64,000 bases of DNA. Origin: Lama guanicoe. Taxonomy: Eukaryota. The notes beneath the pieces are model-generated. The model made no database searches and was not told where the DNA came from. It saw only the letters and a program-made list of their open reading frames with translations. This document shows positions 13,275-27,386 of this stretch, in pieces (the stretch's first letter is position 1; each line of letters starts with the position of its first letter). Both the position numbers and the translations under genes were made by a program. The stretch spans positions 7,649,957 to 7,713,956 of the forward strand of contig MU053881.1 of NCBI GenBank assembly GCA_013239625.1, read 5' to 3'.

Positions 13275-13850
13275 TTTCTAAATGCTTCCAATGGCTTACT
13301 CTTGTTTTTAGGATAAAGGCAAAACTCCTCTCATGGGCCATGAGACGTAGAGCTTCTTGGCCCTTAGTAAGTTTCCATCCGCCTCTTGCACCACGCTGCT
13401 TCACTCTCTCCACAGTGGCCCTCTTTCAGTCCATCATATTGCCATGCCCCTTCCCAACGCCAGGATTTTCCCCATGCTGGTTCCTCTTCCTGCAGTGCCT
13501 TCCTTCCATTCTTCAACCGGATAACTCTTAATCCCTCCGATTTCTTTACAAGGGTCACTTCTTTGGAGAAATCTTCCCTCATTTCCTTATCAGGTCCCGT
13601 TGGTTCCTTACATGCTCTCAAAGCAGCAGGTTTATTTCCCTGTAGCCCTTGCCATAGACACAGACATTTCTACAGCCATCATTTGAGTAATGCCAGTTCT
13701 CCCCATTAAACTCGCAACTCTTTGACGATGGATTCCTGTCTGTTTTTCTCATCATTATATCCCAAGGACCTAGCACAGAGCCTGGTACATAGATGGTACT
13801 AATACATATTTGTTGATGAATGAATGAATGGATGGATGAATGATGAATCT
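13275..13850 (+). mobile_element. L2 3' end with (GAAT)n tail
   Basis: cctagcacagagcctggtacatagatggtactaatacatatttgttgatgaatgaatgaatgg. Confidence 0.85.
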
Positions 13851-14854
13851 GTACATGTTTATAGAAGATGTACTTAATGGTCATTGTGTGATTTGACCTT
13901 CATCTTGAAAAGTGGTAGGCAATACACGTAGAGAACAGCACAGGCGTTGGGTCACAGAAACATAAAGTAAAACCCCAGGTCTGCCTTCAACAGAATTATC
14001 GAGATCACTAAATTAAATAATATATAAAGCACTTGTGCAGTGTCTGGAATGCAGATAACACTTAAAAATCATAGCCATTATCGTTAGTATTACATGCTCA
14101 TCGCTAACAGGCTGTTTGGGGTAAGGGTCGTGCCTGATTCAGCATTTTTGTACATTCTCAGTGCCTTCTACCTGCCGTGTGTCCGTTAGTGTCCATTAAT
14201 TGAATGAATGGCATTAAGGCTAAAGAAGTGTTTCCAAGGGCGAGTACAGGGATGATTGAATTTGCTTTGTACCCAGATCCACACCTAAATAAAAACTGTA
14301 AATCTTGCCCTCATGTCTTTCAAGAAATGGTTTATGAATGATAAGGAGTCATTCCGAATGGTGCGGACTTTTAATCCTCTTTTCAGTGTAAGTGTTCCTC
14401 GTGTAGCATCTGTGATTCCGCAGCATTTTCAGGTTTTTCACCAGACCGTGGCTTTAAGGGGGAACAGAATCCCTAAAACAAGTCATGGGGAGAGGGGCTC
14501 ATCACTGCCACTGGCTTTGAGTCTCCACTGTTGTCCCCAGGGCTGTTTACAAGCTCTGGGTTCCTAACAACTTCATCTGGCTTTCATTTTTGGCTGCAAT
14601 TATTGTAATATAGAAAGTTTGGCACATGTGTTGAAGAATCAATTTCTTTTCTTTTATTGTGAGTCTTTTGGTGAATCTTTTAAATCTGTGAAAATTGGCT
14701 TTTTTTTCCAGCATAGAAACAGTTTAATCTGCTTTTGCCTTTGATCATTGCTTCTAGTTCCATTTTATAACACTATTTGTCTAAATATTGGATGTCTATT
14801 CTCTTATCTCTAATTCTCCTTTTATGTGTTTATAGCTTTGATCTTTCTTTTCTG

Positions 14855-15185
14855 AATTAACTTTTTATTTTGAGGTTATTGTAGGCTCACATGCAGTTGT
14901 AAGAAATAATACATGTACTTTTTATTCCGTTTTCTCCCATGGTCGTATCTTGTGAAAATATAGCATGGCATCATAGACAGGATATTGATATTTATACAAC
15001 ACGCCAATCTTATTCAGGTTTCCCCAGTTTTACTTGTGCTCATTTGTGCATGTACGTGTGTGTAAGTGTGTGTATGTTCTTAATTTTCTGTAGCTTTATT
15101 ACATGTGTTGGTCTGTTTTCCACCATCACAGTCAAAACACAAAACAGTTCCATTCCACAAAGATCCCTCATGTTGCCCTTCCTGC
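14855..15185 (-). mobile_element. Old L1 3' end (L1MC/MD-type)
   Basis: actttttattttgaggttattgtaggctcacatgcagttgtaagaaataataca...caccatcacagtcaaaacacaaaacagttcc. Confidence 0.7.
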
Positions 15186-16099
15186 CCCACGTCTTTGTTC
15201 TTTTTCTCTGCCTTAATTTTACTTTTGTCTACCACGTTACCGATTTGGTTTCTGCAGTATTAATCCTGTTCTTTGCTACCTCCAGTATAGTGATTCAACA
15301 GTCATACTTTGTTTCTTCATAATCCTTTTAAAATGTCTTATTCATACCTCTTGCTTTTCTTCTTGTAGCTATTTTCCCATGAACATAAAATTGTGCAGGA
15401 GTCTGGAGAATCATGTAACCCAGGGAGACAAATTCTTGGCCAACACGCTGACATACGCTCTCTCCAGCAGCCAACAGTGCTGGTCTAACCCTGCGTATGA
15501 CTTGCCGCACTCCAGACAAAAACAACTAATCAGTTGGATATGGCCTTCGAAGGCATATATGCTCATTTTCCAATCCTTCATTTTACAGATAGAAAAACCA
15601 AGGACAAATACAAGTCTGTATCAAATTGTACAGGTAAGTTAGTGCTAGAACTGGAAATAGATCCATATCCAAAAATGATGAGAATAAAGCCAATGCCAGT
15701 TGCATTCTGATAGGTCCAAGCCTTTGCTTGGTCTCAGGAGTGTTTTGCATCTATTCTGGATGTTTGGTTCGTCTAATGAAAAGAGCTTTCAGGAGGGGTC
15801 TGCTGGTAAACTATTTTTCAAAAGAGGTCTCTGTCTGAAGACTCTCCTGCCAAAATAAAGGAGGAAAAGGAAGGACAGAGGACCCCACCTCTCAAGCTTT
15901 ATTTATGCTATTCGGGACTTCTCCCTCCATAATTCTCTTCAGCTAGTCAAATCATGCTTTGGAAACAGGTGGGATTCAATCTGGCTGCACATGGCCAAAC
16001 ATGCAAAATAGCACTGGTAGGAATAGATCATGGAGGGCAATTTGCAATCTCAAACATAAAGGATGCTACTGTGCACTGTAGACCTAACTTTGGAAGAGA

Positions 16100-16345
16100 G
16101 GCAGTATTGCCTCATGGCTAGAGCCATAGATCCTGGGTCTAGCTTCTGAGGTTTGAAGCTTATCTCCAACACTTACTAGCTGGGTGACCTTGAGCAAATT
16201 ACTTAACCTATTTGTACCTCAGCTTCTTCATCTGTAAAATGGGTTTCATAACATGAATACTACTCTATAGTGATGTAGTGAAGATCAAATAAGTTAACAC
16301 ATACAAAGCCCTTGGGTGGATTCCTGGCATATAGCAAGCGATACG
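16100..16345 (+). mobile_element. MIR SINE, near full length
   Basis: acttactagctgggtgaccttgagcaaattacttaacct...cctcagcttcttcatctgtaaaatggg...cctggcatatagcaagcg. Confidence 0.85.
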
Positions 16346-17789
16346 TGTGTGTGCAATGTTCATTTTCACCATGTCCGTACATAACGTACATAATGATCTT
16401 ATGAAGTAGATGTTATTTTTCCCATGAAGGAAACAAAAACTCAAGAGGTTGCATAACAAAAAATAAATAAGTACTAATTTTGAATAGAGAAGAGAAGGCT
16501 AGTATTTCCAGCCTGGGGACATCATGGAATGCTTCTTGGAAGAGCAGGCAGACGAACACAGATGGAAGGAAGGAGAGCCGCTAAACATAAATAGATGGAA
16601 GAAAGAGCAAAACATGCTTTGTCCTGGGTGTCCAGTTTCCTGGGCGAGGATACCAGACTCATAAAACCTAGACCAACAGTGCCATTCCACTCCTTATCCA
16701 TTTAAGTATAAACCGTGACTTAATTATGATGAGGAACAATAAGAGAAGACAATTAAAAAAATAACCCTGGCCTCAAATGTGAATACCGTGAGTCTGGCAG
16801 GAGAGAAGAAATGGGAGGTGAAGACTGGTCATCTTCATGCCCTTTTATTGTATTATTATTATTTTTTTAACACCTAAGCTTTGAGCAGGTGAAATTTTCC
16901 AGAGGTTATATTTTGAGGTCTATTCCTCTGTTACTGAAAATGTCATCAGAGTTTGTCCCCTCAGTGATGGCTTCAGAATAGAGGTTATAAAACTCAAGTG
17001 TCCAGAGGAGTCAAAAAGGTACAGTAAACCAATGAAGCATTCTGCGTGTAAGTGTTGGGGCACCAGAATGTAAACGTTAGAGTGAGGCCATGGAAACATG
17101 AGGAGCATACAGCCCATAGAAAGGGCACCCACTCTTCACTTGCAATGGTTTATTGCAGGCCTTTCAAATTGTTGAAAGGATTCAGAAATATATAATTTAA
17201 TGTGAAGTCTCCTTATTTTTAAAAATTGCATCAAATATTGTCAACAGAACTAGGTATACCAGCCAAAACACATTTGAGTGTCATTTTTTTAACTCTTGGC
17301 GACTGGTTGGATCTCAAACAAGCAATGACAAGTATTAGGTGCTGTTGTCTTTCCAACACTCTGGGAAAACCCAGCATTTCTGCTTCAAACGCCCTCCCCC
17401 AGATACTCCTGCCCTATCCCCTCACTTCCAGTGGCTCCCCAGACAACAAGTGGACAATCTGAACCAAGAGTCTTATTGCCAAGGCATTGCTGCTGAGGTT
17501 TTCAAGTTTCAAGTCCCTGGTTTGGAGTGAGTCATCTCAAATTCATTTAGTGGAGAGTTCCTCTGGGTTCTCCTATGGTTGGCAGAGGGGGAAGTGACTC
17601 AGACAGTGGAGCAGGTGGGGCCTAATGGGTCCAGCATGTGGGGGCTTTTGAGATTGCTGGCTATGGTGCTCATGGTGCCCAAGGGGAGCACAGAGGAGGA
17701 CTAGGGGTTGCAACATGCACTCAGCTAAATCCACTGCTGGCTCTTCTGGACTAAAATGAATTTGAGATATTTGCGTCTGACCTCAAACA

Positions 17790-18295
17790 TGAAGTAGGCC
17801 CAGCACCTCAAGGAGATGTGTTATCTCCAGCTCCTGACTCCTTTCCCAGCCTGTTTGCTTCTGCCTGCCCGAACTGTGCACTTCGCATTCTGGCATCGCC
17901 AAACTATTTGCAGTCCCCTCGACCTGCTTTCTTGTTTCTGTACCTTTGTACAGGCCATTTTGTCTCCCTGGAATGCCTTTTGCCTTTATGTGCCTCCAGC
18001 AAGCTCCCAGTTGTGCGTTAAAACCCAAATCAGACATCATTTCTTTGGGGAAATTATCACTAATCTTCCCCATTTGGAGTCAAACTCTTGCTCTTCCTTT
18101 GCACACCAATAATTTGAACTTACTGGGGCTGTGGCACTTTTCATATTGCACAAAATTGATCAGCTTGTCTACCTGTCTGCCTGATTGAGGAGAGGCCCTT
18201 GAGGTCAAGAACTTATAATATTCCCTGTTCTGTTTCACAGGGCCTGGTACATGGGCAGGCAGTCTGTAAGTGTTTGTAGAACTATATTGATTGAC
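17790..18295 (+). mobile_element. L2 fragment
   Basis: ccctggaatgcc...cagggcctggtacatgggcagg...gtgtttgtaga. Confidence 0.6.
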
Positions 18296-18489
18296 ATACC
18301 ACATAGCTCCGAAGTGACAAAAATATGACCTGTCTCAGTGCTATAGACAAGACCAGAAACATCGTTAACTCAGGCTCTGCCACCTGAGCCCTTTGGCGTT
18401 GTCTGTGGGCATGAGTGGAGTGTTTAGAGGAAGGAAATCAGGAATGCACTGATAATCAAAAAATCAATGATTTCACACTAGCACTATCA

Positions 18490-19035
18490 TCCACTCAAAT
18501 TCAGTAAACGTTCAGTGAGTAAATACTCTGTCAGGCACTGTTCTAGGCACGTAGGATACACCAGTCAGTAAGAGGAACTTGTTCCCTGCTCTTCTAAAGC
18601 TTTATTACATGTTGTAGGGGAGGAGAAAAGCACTAGTAAATAAAAATGAGAGAACACCAGGTAATGTGAAGTACAGTGAGGAAAATCACGCAGGATAATG
18701 TGACGGAGGTGGATGAGGCGGGTGGGATTTCAGAGTGAGCGGCAGGGCTGGTCCTTCTAGCACAAGAGTGTTCGCGCTGAGACCTGCATGACGAGGATTC
18801 AGCAATAAGATATGAGGAAGGAAAGAGCATTCCCACAGAGGAAGCAATGGCTGGAAATGCTCAGAGCTGGGAATGAACTTGGTGTGTGGATCCAGAAAGA
18901 AAGAAGGCCAGAGTGGTTAGAGCAGAGAGGCAAGAAATAGGCTCTAAGATACATTCAAATGCCAGGCCATGACGGGCCTTGTAAGACCACAGGAAGGAAT
19001 CTGAATTTTTTTAATGTGTTGAGAAACCAATATAG
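18490..19035 (-). mobile_element. L2 fragment
   Basis: cagtgagtaaatactctgtcaggcactgttctaggcac...gagcattcccacagaggaagcaa. Confidence 0.75.
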
Positions 19036-19349
19036 GGTTTTATCCAACTTTCCTTCATGCCATGACTTTCCTCCAGTTGGGATGAGTTGTCCCATGAGAA
19101 AAGGGGGAGAAACAACAGAACGGAGTAACTGAGGCTGAGACTGAGCACTGGACGGCCCTTCGTTTAAGGACTTAACATCAGATGGAAAAGGCTTTTATTA
19201 GTAGTATTGAGGTCAAGGCCTTGGCAGTACTATTAGGAGCTTGTAGACTCATTGTTGAAAATATTAACTAACCTCAGTGGGAACTGTCCTTTCTGATGAA
19301 TACAGGGATCTTTGTGGGACTACATACCTCTTTTTGCCTATAAAATCTA

Positions 19350-19535
19350 CTAGACCATTGCTTCTCGAATCTTAGCATGCATACAAAACACCTATGGACC
19401 ATGTTCAAATGCAAGTTCTGATTTGGTAGATTTGGGGTCCTGCATTTCCAGTAATCTCCGAGGTGACATGGAGGTGTCATGCAGTCAGATCACATGGTGC
19501 ATCTAAGGGCAACATTTGGAGAAGCCAGAACTAAG
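19350..19535. mobile_element. MER5-type hAT MITE
   Basis: cattgcttctcgaatcttagcatgcatac...tgcatttccagtaatctccgaggtga...catttggagaagc. Confidence 0.6.
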
Positions 19536-22500
19536 GTCCCTTTGACCAGAATGCAGCCAGGTTCCTTCAGTTCACCTGTTCAGATTCAATCCCCTTGATT
19601 CCAGGGCTGAAGTGACCTCTTATAAAAAGAGAGAGAAGACGAAAGGGGACCAGGAACAGTTTGACACCCGACCTCGGCCCACGGAACCCTGAATTAAGCA
19701 GTCACTCCAGACGGAACAGGTCAAATCAAAGTTCTGTATGTGTTAAGCGGTCACTCCAGATGCCTTTCTGAGGGCATCCACCAGAGCCATTTGCTCCATA
19801 ATCTCTTGGAAGGTAGAAGGCAATTTGAAATCAGACTCGAGCCCTGAGCACCCAGGGCTGGCCAGTGGCCAGCTGACCATGTAGAAATGGCACCCTGTTT
19901 CTGTGTCTTAGAAACACCAGCCTCCTCTGGTCGGCTCCTTTAAGGAAGGCTCCCTCTTTGCTCTGCTTCAAAGTCTTGCACAGGATATTAGCCACTTCCT
20001 TCTCTGTAATTCATCCTTCCACGTTGCCATCTGGAATATTTCTCTTCTACAAGTGCCTAAGTTGTTACAGTTTGAGGCAGTTGAATCCTAAATTTGCCAT
20101 TTGGAGTAATTTATTGTTTTTAATGCTTTCTTCCCAAAATTCAGATTCTGTGGTTTGAAACAGACTCTAGGCAGGATTTCTGCTTCCTAGTCGGACATCT
20201 GGTGGTTTGCCCTTTCCAGGTCTTCTCTGGGTTTAGTTTTCAGCCTCCCACATGTGACTGTCAGAGGGCTTTTTTCAGACCACTCCTCTCACTACATTGG
20301 TTTGTTTCCCCCATCATGTCACTGTCCTCAGCGCCTTGGTAGGATCCCTTATGGTGGGAACTAAGGCAGTTAGTGGGGACCAGCAGGCTATAATTTCAAC
20401 TGTAACACGAAGGTCTTACTATATCCCTAAAACACCTTCCTGTAGATACCCCAATTCCTACCTTTAAAAATCCTTGGGGTTACTGGTCACATAAACAATA
20501 GAGGTAGAAAGAAGTATAGGTAAACAATGAAATTTGGGGGAAGGGACCTCACAATTGTTGAGTGTTTACTGTATGTCAAACCCTAATCTGATAGAATAAG
20601 TGATATTCTCCCTACACTACAGATGAAGAAACCAAGACTCAGAATATCTTTTTCAAGGTTGCCTGAGCTGTAGAGTGGTGGTGTCAAGACTTGAACAAGA
20701 TCTGACTCACAGCCCCTGTGCTTGTCATTATTTGATGCTATCAGGTTAGTACTAGAGTGTTAGATGAGGAGCAGGACCCCCGACGGAGGACGAAAGCCAC
20801 GTATTCGAGGGAGGGATCCTTGAACACAACGAAGCCAGGAGGCAGAATGGGCACAGAACTCCCAGAACAGGGCACCAGCTCCTAGACAGAAGCTCCGTAT
20901 TGAATGAATACGAGATTCTACGAGCTTATTTATGGCATGAGCCCCATTCCCGTTTAGCTACCTTGAAGTTTGCAAGTAAAAGTGAGCGGCAATAGCCTGC
21001 TTTATGGAAATTTTGAATAGACGTGAGGCAAGATTAGTTCATCCCTGGAACCTCTTCTCTCTGAAGAGGTGCTTTTAGGTAGCAACACCCTGGTGGTTCT
21101 CCACCTGTGGGAGCTTTGGAATAGTTGGCACACCTGGGCGCCATCCCAGACTGACTGAGTGGGGTTTCTAGCTGTGGGGCCCTGACTCTGTGCTCCCTGA
21201 AGCTACCCAGGGCTGCTCAGCTGCCAGGGTTCAAACCACAGCCCCAGGATACACGAGCTTACTTCTTTCCCCTGCCCTGAGAAGGGGAGCAGAGCTGAAA
21301 CTCTGCACTGTTCTAGAGGGCAGAGGGAAGTGGGGAGAGGCTTCTGGTGCTGAAGTTTGGAAAACTGATTTTTTTTTCTCATTTGGAAGGAGGAAAAAGA
21401 CAAGTTTTAACCACATCACGATTCTGCCAAAGGACCAACTACCCAGAGGTTCCCTTTAGCCCTTGTCTTGGTGAATCAAACTTCCAGTGTTTAACCTTCA
21501 TGGAGTCAAGGTCAGGATTGACCTTGGTAGTATCGGACACCCACTTTTTTTTTTTAAGCTCAGTTTTAAAACTTACTGCACTACAGAGCCTGCTATTTGT
21601 CTAAGGTACTGGCAGCCAGGGAAAATGGTGCTTCATTGATTTTAGACCCAGAGAATCTAAAAGACAGAGTGGTTATTTGTCCTTACCAAGGTTGCTTACC
21701 ACGTCACTGGGGAGCCAGAGCTAGGTCTCTGTCCTCCCAGAGCTGTCTTCTTTAACTGGAGCAGCACTTAAGATGCTTCTGGAATGTTATGAAAAATATA
21801 ATCATTCCTTTAAAATTAACAACAGGGGATGTTAAAGGGGGACCGTGTCTGCGTGCCCAGCACAATCCAGCCTCATAACGGCTGCCAGAGGATCCACAGG
21901 GCATCATGGTTACCATTCCAACTTTTTAGCAAGTATCTCTCTTTCTGGAATTGCTGCGAGACCCCAGGAAGATGAACTGTGTTCTGCTGAACCAGAAATA
22001 AGCTGTAAAAGAGGACGGAAACTTGAGACAGAGCAAGACGATTCTAGCCAGCATTTACCTTCCCTGACTTGTCAAGGGTCTATTTCTTGGGCTTTATCGC
22101 AACTCAGAAGAGAAGAAATGGACTGGACCCACGATATCGAAATAAGCTCTTTGCCTAAGAGAAGGTATAGCCAGGAAAGAAAATATAAAACCCCACAGAG
22201 CTGAACTAGGCTTTGAGGGGTCATTTAGAGCGTATCCATCAGAATGGCACAAGAAATGAATATGTCTTTCCTATATCACAGGAGTACATTGAATTGGTAG
22301 AATGTAATTCAAATGTAGAACCCTAGCTTCAAGGAAGCCTGAGAATGATAATTTTTGTTCCCAACCTTTCTAAATAGCAGGATGGTACCAAAGTATTGGC
22401 CACAACTAGAATTTTTCAATTAACGAATTGAGTGAACACTTACCTAAGTCCATTTTGCAGATGAAGAACCTGGGGTCCAGAGAGATTAAATAAGATGCCT

Positions 22501-23752
22501 AATGTTGAATAGCCAGTTATTAGCAAGGTCTGAACCAGAAACCATGCCTCTTTACTAGTTGAAAGTGTTCTTTCTGCTAAGAGGGAATGAAAAGCAGGTG
22601 ATGGAGGCAGACAGGCAAGAAAGAAGAAAGATGAAACTGGCAGGAAGGTGAAAAGAGCTAGAAATCTAGGGCAAGTCTATGTATCTATGTCTCCCCTAGT
22701 TACTGAGAGCAGACAAATACGGAAACACTCTGCATGTGTCCTGACCCAGAGCCAGAGTGAGTCATTAAAGATGTCGGAGCCCTGAACCCACATCTCAGCC
22801 CCTTCCCACACACGCCTGGAGTATGTTGGTGCTTTGGCCTCAATTGGTAACAGGGAAAACTGATCTGTGGAACGTGTCATCTTTATGAATAGAACCAGAG
22901 TCCGGTGGTTTCTAAACAGTCAGGAGACGGTCTGTCTTCTGGTGTCAGCTATTTATTTGTGTTTCTGTTTCATAAAATGCATCTCCTCTGGTTCTAGGCT
23001 TTGCCCCATTTGACATCTGCCCCAGACACATTGCACAGATTCCTTGGCCTCCTGACTTAAACCCCGGGGAGTGGGAGCAGCAGACACTTTCTCTTCAGGT
23101 CCCTGCCAAGCTTGGCACTGTGGTGAGGATGTTTATGTTTGTCGAGAAGTTGGGAGGACTTGAGACTTTGATAATAATTCCTCCCTTAGACGGTGCATGC
23201 AAGGGGAAAAAAGGAAAAACAAGAGTATCTTTCTCAGCGGCCATGTCTCAGTGGTCACATCACTTCCTCTCCACCAGCCTGAACACTGTTAATTCTTTTG
23301 TTGTTGTTGGTGGTGTTGTTTTGTTTTTGTTTTTGTTTTTTGTTATTGTTAATTCTTTTTAACAAATTTTTTAGCGTGTCCGTTCTCTCTGATTTGGGTC
23401 CATCTTGTCACTGACCAAAAATGCAGAAAGTAAATAGTAATTCTGAAATGATACTTTAGCCTAAACAATATCAAGCCTTTATGGAAAGTCTGCTAGGCAG
23501 TCTGGTTGACATTATGGTGTAGATTCTCTGTGTCCACTCCTGCCTTTCTTTCTGTCAAATTAACTCTCTGCTTCAGGTAACAGATGCAAAATTCTAGCCT
23601 CAATCAGCAAGGCTGAAAAGGGCTTAGGGTTCCCCAGTAATATAGCATTTCCTCTTCTGATAGATTTGTCTTGATTCTTCCATGAACCATTTTGGAAACG
23701 GGGAACTCAGTACTTTGTGAAGCAATTTATACTATAGACAGCTATTTATCAC

Positions 23753-24245
23753 TATTAGTCAAGGCACGTCTGGTTGTAAGTAATAGAAAAGGTGACTCAA
23801 GCTGGCTTAAACCCCACCCTACCACTCCAGAAAATGTAATGATCACCCAAAGAACAGATAAGGACTAGACCCACTTACTGTATTTCTGGATCTAGGAGCT
23901 AAAACAATGTCATCAGGACCCAATTTCTTTCTCTCCACCTCTCAGTCCTTCTTTCTCTATGTAACTAGGCAGATTTCTCTCAACCAGGATGCCCCCAGAT
24001 TCCCCAGGCTGACACCCTCACAACTCCAGGTCAGCAGACAGAGAGATTCTGTCCTCTGCTGCTCAACCAAGTCCTGAGATGAATCTCAATGGCCCAAGTT
24101 CAACCATGTCCACGCTCCTGAACCACTCACTAGCCAGAACCTGTTCATTAGCTAATTGCCAAGGCCTGGGTCACGGGCCCATTTCTGGAGTGAGGAGTGA
24201 GATGCTGTTACCAGAATGAAGGGCAGTAGATGCCGATCGGGAAAA
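23753..24245 (-). mobile_element. MLT1J/K-type MaLR LTR
   Basis: tattagtcaagg...ggttgtaagtaatagaaaa...ctcaagctggcttaaa...gccaaggcctgggtcacgggccc. Confidence 0.65.
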
Positions 24246-24339
24246 AATGCCCTCAGTTACATTCTGCTTATTCATCTTCATTTATTCATTCATTTTGCAG
24301 GATCAGACTGCGGACTTGTGTGCTAGAAGCCGGGATAAG

Positions 24340-24635
24340 ACCCTGGACAACTTCTACTTGTCCTTCATAACGCAGCTCAAGACTCATCGGCTCCGTGGTG
24401 AATTCCCTCACTGCTGCCCCCTCAGCAGAGGTAGGTGCTCCCACTCTTCTCAGTAATTACCTTGACTGTAGCACACACCACTCGGGGCTGTACTGGCATC
24501 TCCTCATCTTTCCCCCTAATTTTCTTTGAGGTCTTGGAGGACAGGGGTTGTGTCTTACTCATCTTGGCCTCCCCAGATACCAACAGCAGGCACAGACAAA
24601 GCACTCAGGAAAACCTTTGTTGAATAAATATATGA
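24340..24635 (+). mobile_element. L2 3' end
   Basis: ggaggacaggggttgtgtcttactcatcttg...gcactcaggaaaacctttgttgaataaat. Confidence 0.7.
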
Positions 24636-27162
24636 GCGATGAGTTGTTTATTTAATTAGCAAACTAACACATATGTTCCCAGTCTTTGGGGGTTTTGCCA
24701 ACTCTTAGGGGGAAATAAATCCATAAATAATTAATCAGAATAAAGTGTGATTCATGGCACAACAGCCACGTGGGAGTGAAGGACTGGGAAGCACAGTAGA
24801 AGGTGATATATAACAGAATTATTGATAGGGAATAAGATATTCTTTGTTATTTCAAATCTAAACCCATCTCCCTATGACTTATCCCTGCATATTCTTAGTT
24901 CTTCATTCTTGAACAACTCCAAATATGTCTTACCTATCGTCCTAGCCTCTGGGACAATTCCTGACAATGCATAAGACACTCAACCAATATTTCTGAAAAA
25001 AATAATTAATGGCATTTTCTTACCCACATAGCAGTATCAGTTGTGTCAAGGTAGATATATTACCCTACTCCTGGATCATCTCTGCTTATGGCTATACCAT
25101 CATAAGAGTGTAAATACTTTCTTGTTGACAATCTCCCTGTGTTGTCATGTCTGCGTCCCCCAACTCCAGTTGAAAAGTGATTGTTTGGAACCTGAATTAC
25201 ATTTTATTTTAGGTAAAATGTGGTCAGTGGTGCTTGCTTCCCAGGCTAGCAGGCACAAGCTGACCTGATGAGACTTGATGCTGGCCTGGGACTCGAGAGT
25301 CAGCAGCCTGGAAATAGCCCCAGTGCTCATTTGAGGTGTAAGCTGGTCCCCGGACAGAAGAGGGTCACATTGGCCTTTGGCCTCCCTTACCTGCTGGTAC
25401 CCCTCTTCCTTCCTCATCGCTCCCATTTATCCATTGACTTCTGCCGCACTGAGGCTTCCACAACTGTGGTGGCCTTGAAAATGCACCGCTCAGAACTCCT
25501 GCTGTGCCACGGGGACCGTAATTGATAGACAACCCCAGATACTGTACTCCTAATCCGCTGTGCCGGCTACTCTGAGGCTCTGCCTCCTTTGGGCTGATTG
25601 CAGACAATGATTGAGCACAAGAGGGATTCTAAAGCAGGACCGTTCCTGCAAGATACTGGCTCCAGGACTCCCATCAGCCTGCCTGAAACTTCCCTAGCTC
25701 TGTACTTCAGTCTGAGACTCCGCCGACCCAGCGCCCTCCCTTCCCTCTCTCCTCCCCAGAGTCAGGCCAGCATTGTGATCTGACAGCTCTCCTTGCCTCC
25801 TAAGATTCCTCCTTTGTTCTTCCAAAAGGCATTTTCCCAGTGGATTTTTGCATGTCTGATCCCATTTTGGCCTCTGCTTCTTGCAGGACCAGGAGTAACA
25901 CACTTGTGGTCTTGAGACTGCACATAGGAAACATGCAGCAGGAAGTCTTCTCCAGCATCAGCAAACTGGTGAGTGCTTTCCTGCTTGGGGTGCAGAAGAG
26001 CGTAGTTGCCCAGCGAATCAAGGAAGTCTTCATTGGAGCAGGAGGAATTGGATCTAAAGAGTGGCACTGGAAAAGATCTGAGGCTTTTACACATGCAATT
26101 AGCATCCAGTCTTTCTCGAAACCCCAAGGTCAAATAGAGGAGGATTCTGCACCTCTCCATCTCCTGACTTATATTTCAGACAGTTTCTTGTTTTGTTTTT
26201 ACTTTATTTTCATATTAAAGTAACTTCGAGGATTCAACTAATCTTATTTTACATGGAAATAAATGGGAGTGGAAAGAAAAGGTTTCCAGTGCAGTTTCTC
26301 TTGAGTTTCTGCCCCTTCACCTCTGATCGACACCCAGGTCAGACTGAGACCTGGACGTGTCAGATGAATAATTGGGGCCTTTTTGCACGACTATTTTCTA
26401 CATGTCTGTTCAATCTTTAGTAAGAATGGAGAAAATAATAAAATCAAATGCTTTTTTATGTTGAAAACAAAGATTTATATTTCATGCACATATTGCATGA
26501 GATTTTCCGAACTAAGCAGTTTTTTTTAGAGGCATATTAAACTTTAAATGAAGACATTCTAATAAATCATCTCCAGGAAAGAGCACATGCAGCATCGTGA
26601 ATTTTTCGATTTCAGAATTTCAACAGGCTGGCTTGTTACAGGGAACTCTCAGAGGGCCAGTGTCAAAGTTAGTGGTGAGGCCTTGTATACACTGTGTAAA
26701 TTGCATGTACTTGCCACAAAAATATTAGCAGACATAGGCTGGCAGGAGTACCCAGTGTTTAATTGTAACCAAACAAACTTATGTCTCACCAGCTTTGTCA
26801 GCAGTCATGTGTGGAAACCTGAGTTAACTGGTTCCCTGTTGTAGTTTTATTTGGGTGACATTTCAGTGGCCCCTATTGATTGTGCTCTAACAGCTGCCAG
26901 GGGCTCCCCATTAATCTGGCCTGTATCTTCCTCAGCCAGGGTTTATGGAATGGACTCAGCCTGCAGGGCTACATCATGTCGATGAAATGCCCTGCAGAGA
27001 GCTTGAGTACCATCTGGCCAGGGGAGCACTGGGGAGAGGGGAGCCTGGTGGAGACAGATGAGGTCATGCACCTGGCACGGTGAAGGACCGCTGTCGCAGG
27101 AAATCACAGGTTTTTCTCAGATCTGAGAGGAAAAGTCTTCAGAGCAGAGAAAGAAGGAGCGG

Positions 27163-27386
27163 TAGTCATTTTCAACCAGGGGCAGTTTTGCCATTTCTCC
27201 CCACCCCAGAACATTTGGCAATGTCTAGAGATGTTTTTGGTTGTCACAGCCTCGGGGGTGAGTGCTACTGGCATCTAGCAAGTAGAGGCCAGAGATGCTG
27301 CTAAACATTCTGCAATGTATAGAACAGCCCACAACAAAGAATTATCCAGTCCAAAATGTCAGTAGTGCTGAGGTGGAGAAACCGTG
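27163..27386 (+). mobile_element. MER20 (hAT-Charlie MITE)
   Basis: ttttcaaccaggggcagttttgcc...catttggcaatgtctagagatgtttttggttgtcaca...gtgctactggcatctag...gtagaggccagagatgctgctaaacat...gaggtggagaaacc. Confidence 0.9.

Noticed and set aside
23180..23197. Second CTCF-like motif (cccttagacggtgc)
   Set aside because: Several mismatches at informative core positions; too weak to call.
25041..26223. Cluster of overlapping 75-132 aa ORFs
   Set aside because: No recognisable homology, start context or exon structure; the lengths are compatible with chance.
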